Positions 57,447 through 64,000 of a DNA stretch of 64,000 bases are shown here, piece after piece; the stretch's first letter is position 1; each line of letters begins with the position of its first letter. The stretch is from positions 1-64,000 of the IMG/VR virus record IMGVR_UViG_3300035180_000343; one strand, written 5' to 3'. The notes beneath the pieces are model-generated. The model was not told the origin of the DNA. It did no database searches and saw only the letters and a list, made by a program, of their open reading frames with translations. The position numbers were made by a program, and so were the translations under genes. This stretch comes from a virus.

Positions 57447-57510
57447 AAGTCATTGATTCTAAAGAATAAATCTTACTTTAAGTTAATCGTATAACTAATT
57501 GATTCTAAAG
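57446..57510 (-). repeat. 65-bp element, copy 2
   Basis: Inverted copy of 19982-20046. Confidence 0.9.
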
Positions 57511-57528
57511 TAGAATAGTACATGAGGT

Positions 57529-58317
57529 TTATTTTTTGAACTCATTACACAATGATTCGAAAACGCTTTCACCGAGGCATAGAACTTTTCCGCCAATCCA
57601 CATTTCTGTTTTAGGGCTTGTTGTCGATCTCTTTTCATATTGTTTTGGAGTTAGCAATTCGAATTCTAGATTGTCATATATTTTTCTGACTTTATTGACA
57701 AAATCACCCAATAAGCTCTCTATTGGGCTGCCTTTAACGCCATATTCTACCGAATCTCTAAATTTTTCGTCGGTTTTTAGTTTCTTATCAAAATCAATAA
57801 ATGACTGCCAATTGGTATCCGAAAGTCCAAATTTTCTAAGCATATTAAAATAACTATTTGCACTTACTAGGCCCGTTCTTTCATTTCCCATAACAATTGA
57901 TTTATCCCATATATCTGGAGCATTGACTACACCAATTTTGGCGTCGTTAAATGGTATGATTGCCATAGGGGGTCCATATTCTTTAGCAGTTTCTATATTA
58001 TTCGCACAAATGAGCGATTGACTTCTTTTTGGATAATTTTTGTATCTTGGATGATTGTCAATAATTAACGTGTACCAATTACTCATGGCTGCACTTTTTC
58101 TCTCAGATTTCGTTGTGTCAACGATAGCAACTCCATCTTTTCCTAAGATTGAATCTTGTTGCTTTTCTCCTCTCCATATTGGAGTCTTAGATTCGAACAT
58201 CCATAGCGAATCGGAACAGTTCTTTTTAACGACTTCGATTGCTTCTTGTAAATCAAGCGGAGTTGATTTAATTGGGGTCACTGATGCTTCTTGAATATAT
58301 TGTTTAAATGTTTTCAT
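57529..58317 (-). CDS. CTS-tagged ART-like paralog 1
   Basis: MKTFKQYIQEA start, with IWRGE / RSQSLIC / KTEMW. Confidence 0.8.
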   Translation of the reverse strand: MKTFKQYIQEASVTPIKSTPLDLQEAIEVVKKNCSDSLWMFESKTPIWRGEKQQDSILGKDGVAIVDTTKSERKSAAMSNWYTLIIDNHPRYKNYPKRSQSLICANNIETAKEYGPPMAIIPFNDAKIGVVNAPDIWDKSIVMGNERTGLVSANSYFNMLRKFGLSDTNWQSFIDFDKKLKTDEKFRDSVEYGVKGSPIESLLGDFVNKVRKIYDNLEFELLTPKQYEKRSTTSPKTEMWIGGKVLCLGESVFESLCNEFKK

Positions 58318-58329
58318 TTTGAACTCGTC

Positions 58330-58372
58330 TTCAACTACCACGCCCCAAAGGCCAAGATTTTATAGCGCCGTC
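58330..58372. mobile_element. IS200/IS605-like terminal motif remnant A
   Basis: TTCAACTACCACGCCCCAAAGGCCAAG..., 35/43 identical to the inverted copy B. Confidence 0.55.
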
Positions 58373-58373
58373 G

Positions 58374-59150
58374 TTATAATATGGTTTCAAAAACTTCTTC
58401 ACTAAGAGCCACGACTTTTCCACTAATCCACATTTCTGTTTCGCGTCGTCTTTTCTTTGCTCTTTCTTCATATTGTTTTGGAGTTAGCAATTCGAATCCT
58501 AGATTGTCATATAGTCCTCTAATTTTAACAATAAAATCATCAAATAAGCTCTTTAAAGGTTTGCTTTCAGCATCATCTTCTACTTCCTCTCTAAATTTTT
58601 TATCGGTTTTCAGTTTCTTGTCAAAATCAACGAACGATTGCCAGTTAGTATCAGAAAGTCCGAATTTTTTAAGCGAATCAAAAGCCTTATTTGCTACTTC
58701 GACGTCCATTTTTTTGCCGCCTATAATAACTGATTTATACCATATATCTGGATCATTAACTACTCCAATTTTAGCATCGTTAAACGGTATAACTGCCATG
58801 GGTGCTCCAAAGTCTTCAGCTCTTTCTATATTACTCGTGCAGATAAGCGATTGACTTCTTTTTGGATAGTCTTTATATTTTGGGCTATTGTCGATAATTA
58901 ACGTATACCAATTACTTGTATTTTGACTTTTCCGTTCCGATTTTGTTGTGTCAATAATACCAGCCTCAGTTTTTCCTAGAATTACATCCATATCATATTC
59001 ACCTCTCCATATTGTTCTTCTGCGTTTAAACATCCACAACGAATCGGAGCAGTTCTTTTTAATAATTTCTTCTGCTTTTTCTAGACTTAGCTTAGTTGAT
59101 TTAATTGGAGTTACAGATGCTTCTTGAATATATTGTTTAAATGTTTTCAT
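58374..59150 (-). CDS. CTS-tagged ART-like paralog 2
   Basis: MKTFKQYIQEA start, with IWRGE / RSQSLICTS / ETEMW. Confidence 0.8.
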   Translation of the reverse strand: MKTFKQYIQEASVTPIKSTKLSLEKAEEIIKKNCSDSLWMFKRRRTIWRGEYDMDVILGKTEAGIIDTTKSERKSQNTSNWYTLIIDNSPKYKDYPKRSQSLICTSNIERAEDFGAPMAVIPFNDAKIGVVNDPDIWYKSVIIGGKKMDVEVANKAFDSLKKFGLSDTNWQSFVDFDKKLKTDKKFREEVEDDAESKPLKSLFDDFIVKIRGLYDNLGFELLTPKQYEERAKKRRRETEMWISGKVVALSEEVFETIL

Positions 59151-59163
59151 TTTCAATATTGTC

Positions 59164-59226
59164 CTATTGAGTTGATTTAATTGGAGTTATTGATGCTTCT
59201 TGAATATATTGTTTAAATGTTTTCAT
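59164..59226 (-). pseudogene. 20-codon tag-only remnant MKTFKQYIQEASITPIKSTQ*
   Basis: Hand-translated. Near-identical to the paralog 5' ends and overlaps the stop of paralog 3. Confidence 0.75.
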
Positions 59227-60025
59227 TTTTGAACTCGTTACATAATGATTCGAAAATGCTTTCACTGAGACATAGAACTTTTCCACCAATCCATAATTCC
59301 GTGTTTTTTTCAGGTGGGTTTTCTCCATATTGTTTTGGAGTTAGCAATTCGAATCCTAGATTATCATACATTTTTCTAACTTTATTGACAAAATCATCCA
59401 ATAAGCTCTCTAAAGGTTTGCCTTCAACACTAACACTTTTTTCTACTGAATCTCTAAATTTTTTGTCGGTTTTCAGTTTCTTGTCAAAATCAACGAACGA
59501 TTGCCAATTGGTATCGGAAAGCCCAAATTTTTTAAGAATATCAAAATAATCATTTATATCTGAAATATATGTTCTTTTGCCTCCGAAAACAACTGATTTA
59601 TCCCATATATCTGGAGCATTGACTACTCCGATTTTAGCATTATTAAATGGTATAATTGCCATGGGTGATCCGAATGGTCCGGTGGTTGCTATTTTGTTCG
59701 TACAAATTAGCGATTGATTTCTTTTTGGGAATTCTTTATATCTTGGATGATTGTCAATAATTAACGTATACCAATTACTTGTATTCTGACTTTTTCGTTC
59801 AGATTTTGTTGTGTCAACGATGGCAACTCCATCTTTTCCTAAGATTGAATTAAGATCATTTTCACCTCTCCATATCGAAGTCTTGGATTTGAACATCCAT
59901 AATGAATCGGAACAGTTCTTCTTAATGACTTCGATTGCTTCTTGTAAATCAATCGGAGTCGATTTAATTGGAGTTATTGATGCTTCTTGAATAAATTGTA
60001 TAAATGTTTTCAATTTCGATACCAC
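59213..60025 (-). CDS. CTS-tagged ART-like paralog 3
   Basis: LKTFIQFIQEA (possible TTG start at 60013), with IWRGE / RNQSLICT / NTELW. Confidence 0.8.
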   Translation of the reverse strand: MVSKLKTFIQFIQEASITPIKSTPIDLQEAIEVIKKNCSDSLWMFKSKTSIWRGENDLNSILGKDGVAIVDTTKSERKSQNTSNWYTLIIDNHPRYKEFPKRNQSLICTNKIATTGPFGSPMAIIPFNNAKIGVVNAPDIWDKSVVFGGKRTYISDINDYFDILKKFGLSDTNWQSFVDFDKKLKTDKKFRDSVEKSVSVEGKPLESLLDDFVNKVRKMYDNLGFELLTPKQYGENPPEKNTELWIGGKVLCLSESIFESLCNEFKNENI

Positions 60026-60744
60026 CCTTCAACTTTCTTGGATAACACGTCCATTGACATCAACTCTGGGGTTAGATATTTATATTTTTCTGCTTTCATT
60101 TTTTCTATTATTCTATTGCCAATTGGATTGTCAATAGGCTTGGAAAAGAACGATTGGGTTTCCTTGAACGCCGCAAGCATTTGAGCATCGCCAAGAGAAT
60201 CGGAATCGTTTTCAACTTGTTTAAAAAATCCTACCTTTGTTTTCAAATATTTAACGTTTTCGTCGTTTCTTGAGTTTACTTCGCGAATAAAATCCTCGTT
60301 GACGTGCCGACCAATTAATTTCGCACGTTCCTGTGCTCGTTTGATTGCGGTTTCCAATGAAGTATGTACGAAAACAACACCAATGTCATATCCAAGCGAT
60401 TCGAGAATACCCATTCGATTGAGAATATTAGATACATCGTTTGACGTACCATCAATGAACAAGGGCAACATACTATTTAGATATTGCGTTAACATTTCTT
60501 TTGTCATTCGTTTTGTGGTATCTTCAAATTCTTTCCAAGTGTCGGATTTAATTTCCTTCTGCCATTTGGATGCCAAAAATTCTGATGCTTTGTCGGTATT
60601 GACTATTTTTGGACTAATCGTGCCGTTAAGTTGTTTTATAGTATAGCTCTTGCCTGCTCCAGGGAGCCCGACAACGAAAATGGCTTTAAAAATGCCCTTG
60701 TCGTTGATGCTTTCGCTTAGAAATTCTTTAAATGTTGCGATCAT
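60010..60744 (-). CDS. CTS-tagged P-loop kinase (zeta-toxin/AAA_33-like)
   Basis: MIATFKEFLSE, VVGLPGAGKS, IVNTD and FIDGT. Late promoter at 60774-60781. Confidence 0.8.
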   Translation of the reverse strand: MIATFKEFLSESINDKGIFKAIFVVGLPGAGKSYTIKQLNGTISPKIVNTDKASEFLASKWQKEIKSDTWKEFEDTTKRMTKEMLTQYLNSMLPLFIDGTSNDVSNILNRMGILESLGYDIGVVFVHTSLETAIKRAQERAKLIGRHVNEDFIREVNSRNDENVKYLKTKVGFFKQVENDSDSLGDAQMLAAFKETQSFFSKPIDNPIGNRIIEKMKAEKYKYLTPELMSMDVLSKKVEGWYRN

Positions 60745-60817
60745 AGTGATGATGTCATCTAGTTTGGGTTATATATTTATGGTTGGCGATTAGGCCAATC
60801 TTTGTTCAACTAGATGA

Positions 60818-61042
60818 TTAAAACCATTTGTAGATGCCCCATGCATTTACGAATCCGAAGTAGATTTGAATGTAAAGAAGAGCCTTCGGTGAATTTGATT
60901 TGACTAGTAGGTAGGCAGACGCAATTCCGCCTACTAGAAAGAACACAAATCCAAATTTCGATAGATCATTGTTGTTTGCTATCAATGACGATCCAATTAC
61001 AGCTCCACCGAATGCTACTATTTCCAAGAATTTGCTAAACAT
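60818..61042 (-). CDS. Small multi-pass membrane protein
   Basis: Three hydrophobic segments ending in NAWGIYKW. Confidence 0.7.
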   Translation of the reverse strand: MFSKFLEIVAFGGAVIGSSLIANNNDLSKFGFVFFLVGGIASAYLLVKSNSPKALLYIQIYFGFVNAWGIYKWF

Positions 61043-61175
61043 CGAATTCGGATTCGTTCAGCGTGTAGCATTCTAGCAATGCAAAAGATTCCAAGATTTC
61101 AGCTTTTTGTCGTGCCTCGGATTCTGAAATTGCGATAACACTGATTGTTTCTTTTCCATTCGAAAACTTGTACAT
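61035..61175 (-). CDS. 46-aa hypothetical protein (MYKFSNGKETISVIAISESEAR...)
   Basis: Hand-translated. Overlaps the next start. Confidence 0.55.
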   Translation of the reverse strand: MYKFSNGKETISVIAISESEARQKAEILESFALLECYTLNESEFDV

Positions 61176-61212
61176 CTTTTTGATCAACAGCATTGATAGT
61201 TCCTTTTTGGAG

Positions 61213-61236
61213 AAAAAGACCCACCGAAGTGGGCCT
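61213..61236 (-). terminator. UUCG-loop intrinsic terminator
   Basis: GGCCCAC-TTCG-GTGGGTC-TTTTT on the minus strand. Confidence 0.85.
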
Positions 61237-61259
61237 ATGAATTGAAGATTTTTTTACCA

Positions 61260-61302
61260 GATGGCACCGTAAAACCTTAGCCTTTAGGGCGTGGTAGTTG
61301 AC
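61260..61302. mobile_element. IS200/IS605-like terminal motif remnant B
   Basis: ...CCTTTAGGGCGTGGTAGTTGAC, which supplies the last codons and stop of the large ORF. Confidence 0.6.
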
Positions 61303-64000
61303 CTTCCGTTAAGCAGATCCAAGAATTTTGTTATTTCATCTGCATTCCACATAAACTCTTGTGTAGATGCTACACAAAATGTTTCGGATTCTGGATGGTT
61401 ATGTGAGATGACCACTAATGGGCCAGTTTGTCCTGGTTCAATCCTAACACGATCGCCAAATTTCGATGGGTCAAACTCATTCGAACCTACTGCTTTGTTT
61501 TCACTAACTGGAATGTTCCCATCCATAAAAATATATGTCGTCGCGTTCATATAATTTTCGGTTGCTTCTTTGATGAATTCTTTAAATGCTTTGATTTTCA
61601 CTATATTCTCGTTAATTTTATATTGTTCTTTAAGATTTTGTATATAACTTTTGTCAACGATTTCGATCTTGAATGCTTTATAGATTTTCAATTGTTTGTT
61701 CGGAGAAAATACGCACCATTCTGGAGAAATGATATCGTCGCCTCCTAAACCAGCAGATAGATAATCTTTACCTTCTTTCCCAAGCAAAGCATGCATTTGG
61801 AAAACATATCCAACAGTTTTAATCCCTCGAGTAATCTCAATGTCCCCCGTATATTGAGCTACCTTGTCTAAGACGTTTGAAAAATAAATTCCATCGCCAA
61901 GCATTTTGCCACTGGTTTTAATTGGACCGCCAATACCAGTTATGACTGCAAACCCATATCGAAGAATCATGCTTGCCGCAACCGATCCAGTTCCATGAAA
62001 AACAGGATCAAGAACTTTAGTATCTGGCATATATTCTAGAAATTCCTGTTGCCCTTGATTTTGTTTTTCGATATTGACGTCGAACTCTTCAAGAAATTTT
62101 ACCCCGATGTTGCCATGTCTATATTTGTTGAACACATCATATTCGATAGTCAGCCGATCCATTTCTTCTTCTGATTTGTCAAGTTTAGAAACTTTTAAAT
62201 CTTGAATTAGTCCCGAATCTGAAATAGTTTTTCCGATATTTTCTTGTAATGCTTTATATGTCGTCAACTCTTCCTTTTTAACAGCCAGCGACGGAACATG
62301 AATGTCATTATATTCCAAAATAGAAATTAAACTGTTATTATCAATGCTTATCAAAGGCTTAATGACATCGTTGGTTATTAGTTTTGCACTTTGTTCGATA
62401 AACTTTACATTCATTATGCGGTTTGCTAGTTTTTTTCTTGTCGGTGTGTCTACTTTTTGAAAGACATCTTCTAAAACTTCATCTTTGTCTTCAACGACGA
62501 GTTTATCAATAATTCGATTGACAGTCTCGTTCAAAGTATCTTTTATACTTTTTGCATATCCAGAATCAGTCTTTAATAGATTTAAAAAATTGAGTGTTGT
62601 TTTTGTTGAAACTGCTTTCCAATTATCTCCATCAGAAAATGATTTCATTAGACCTACGCTAAATTTGTCAATTTTTATTGGTTGATGATCGAATGTGGTT
62701 TCGACGAATTTATTTGCTTGTTCTGGAGTAAAAAGAACAGTTGCTAATAAACTAGATGTGTGGTCTAGAACTGGAGATTTCATTGTTTGTTCAAACAAAT
62801 TTCCTCTCAATTTTTCTTTCAGCTTTTCTGGAAAGTTCGCGACTCCTGTAAAGTTTTCCAGAAGTTTTCCAGTTTTGACATCGTTATTCAGCAGTTGTTT
62901 CATTTTTACGACTATTTCATCTGGGATTTCATCTCCTAATAGTTGAAAATGTTTTCCCAAACCGACGACTGCCGCTATGTCGGTTGCTGTGTCAACACGT
63001 TGTTCGATCATTGAAAAAAGTTTTTCTTTCATTTTCGGGAAAGCATTATAAATTCGGTTTAAATACTCAGGAAAATCGAAATAAGAGTTCAATATATCAA
63101 AAAATATACGTTTTACGTCGTCATCACTTGGAAGAGGTGTTTCTTTTTGGTTTTGTTTGATTTTAACAGTATTGTTATAAAAAAACTCATAATCAGTCGG
63201 TATATTATATTTAACTCTATACTCGAAAACTTTATCAGCAATTATCGAAGCCGAACTAAAATATGTAGAAGCAACCAATTTTAAGAATTTAAGGCTAAAC
63301 CCAACATCGAACATTCTGGACGCTATTGTCGAATCCTTGGCCATATTCCAAAATTGTTTTGCATCGACGGTGTCGTCGTTCCATACTAATTTGTATACTC
63401 CGATTACGATATCATTCAAAACATTTCGTTTCGCATTGCTCATGCGGTTTATCGTATTTTGATTAAATTTTTGTAAAAATCCCCCAAGATTTGTTCCAAC
63501 GACTGGTTGTGCTTTTGCTTGTCTAATTCCCTCGGTTATAGCAGATTGAGTGAACTCTTTCATATCGGAATTTTTAGTCAATTGGTCAAAATAACTAAAA
63601 TTCTGCTGATTCATCGTTAACGCTCGAACGAACTCATATACGATTTCCGCTGGAGTTCTGGTTTTGACGATTTTAAATATTTTAAACGGTAGATCCATGT
63701 CAATAACTCGTCTAATTGACATTGGAAGAATGTTATGATTGTCAGACGAAATTTCGATTGTGTCTGGGTCGGGAGAATATATTAAAGAATCTTCTCCCAA
63801 CCTTATTAGAAGATTCTCAATTCCAGTCTTAATGGAGGATAGTATATTTGGAAGAACTACGTTCGATGTCGAACACATTCTAAATGAGATGAATGCCTTT
63901 AATGTAGATTCGTCGCCGTTGCTGAGGCTATACTTTATTGAATCCATGTTCGACATTATTGGAGTATAACTCTTATTTGGTATCAACTCTCTATAAAATG
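61284..64000 (-). CDS. Large Alt-like protein (5'-truncated by the window) with a PARP-like ADP-ribosyltransferase domain
   Basis: VFHGT, GKMLGDGIYFS..K..QY and PEWCVF. The frame is open to the window edge. Confidence 0.75.
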   Translation of the reverse strand, partial: FYRELIPNKSYTPIMSNMDSIKYSLSNGDESTLKAFISFRMCSTSNVVLPNILSSIKTGIENLLIRLGEDSLIYSPDPDTIEISSDNHNILPMSIRRVIDMDLPFKIFKIVKTRTPAEIVYEFVRALTMNQQNFSYFDQLTKNSDMKEFTQSAITEGIRQAKAQPVVGTNLGGFLQKFNQNTINRMSNAKRNVLNDIVIGVYKLVWNDDTVDAKQFWNMAKDSTIASRMFDVGFSLKFLKLVASTYFSSASIIADKVFEYRVKYNIPTDYEFFYNNTVKIKQNQKETPLPSDDDVKRIFFDILNSYFDFPEYLNRIYNAFPKMKEKLFSMIEQRVDTATDIAAVVGLGKHFQLLGDEIPDEIVVKMKQLLNNDVKTGKLLENFTGVANFPEKLKEKLRGNLFEQTMKSPVLDHTSSLLATVLFTPEQANKFVETTFDHQPIKIDKFSVGLMKSFSDGDNWKAVSTKTTLNFLNLLKTDSGYAKSIKDTLNETVNRIIDKLVVEDKDEVLEDVFQKVDTPTRKKLANRIMNVKFIEQSAKLITNDVIKPLISIDNNSLISILEYNDIHVPSLAVKKEELTTYKALQENIGKTISDSGLIQDLKVSKLDKSEEEMDRLTIEYDVFNKYRHGNIGVKFLEEFDVNIEKQNQGQQEFLEYMPDTKVLDPVFHGTGSVAASMILRYGFAVITGIGGPIKTSGKMLGDGIYFSNVLDKVAQYTGDIEITRGIKTVGYVFQMHALLGKEGKDYLSAGLGGDDIISPEWCVFSPNKQLKIYKAFKIEIVDKSYIQNLKEQYKINENIVKIKAFKEFIKEATENYMNATTYIFMDGNIPVSENKAVGSNEFDPSKFGDRVRIEPGQTGPLVVISHNHPESETFCVASTQEFMWNADEITKFLDLLNGRSTTTP

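Noticed and set aside
58381-59549. Paralogous + strand ORFs opposite the ART-like genes
   Set aside because: Their similarity merely mirrors the real minus-strand duplication.

Overview
This 64 kb window is the virion-structure region of a lytic T4-like myophage with low GC (roughly 35%). It uses the standard genetic code, and spanins imply a Gram-negative host. It contains exonuclease/phoH/rnh, then gp2-54-26-51-tape measure, gp18-19-(homing endonuclease)-20-67/68-21-22-23-3, uvsY-uvsW, lysozyme, gp4, gp48-53-27-5-25-6-7, spanins, a GC-rich imported cassette, gp13-14-15-8, fibre genes and gp17. T4-type late promoters (NATAAATA) and near-consensus sigma70 promoters are visible. No tRNA or CRISPR array was found. 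The most notable observations are: (1) a family of proteins carrying a T4 capsid-targeting-like tag (MKTFKxY/FIxE), including three tandem ART-like paralogs, a tag-only 20-codon remnant, a P-loop kinase and a large PARP-like protein, which may be an injected effector arsenal; (2) gp17 split into two genes by an atypically split intein in Walker A; (3) a 65-bp element present as two inverted copies 37 kb apart, each followed by a long hairpin; (4) a hairpin-dense ~540-nt candidate ncRNA behind a late promoter; (5) two inverted 43-bp IS200/IS605-like ends; (6) a homologous ~70-aa insertion shared by the tail sheath and the major capsid protein. All family assignments come from motif recognition, not database searches.
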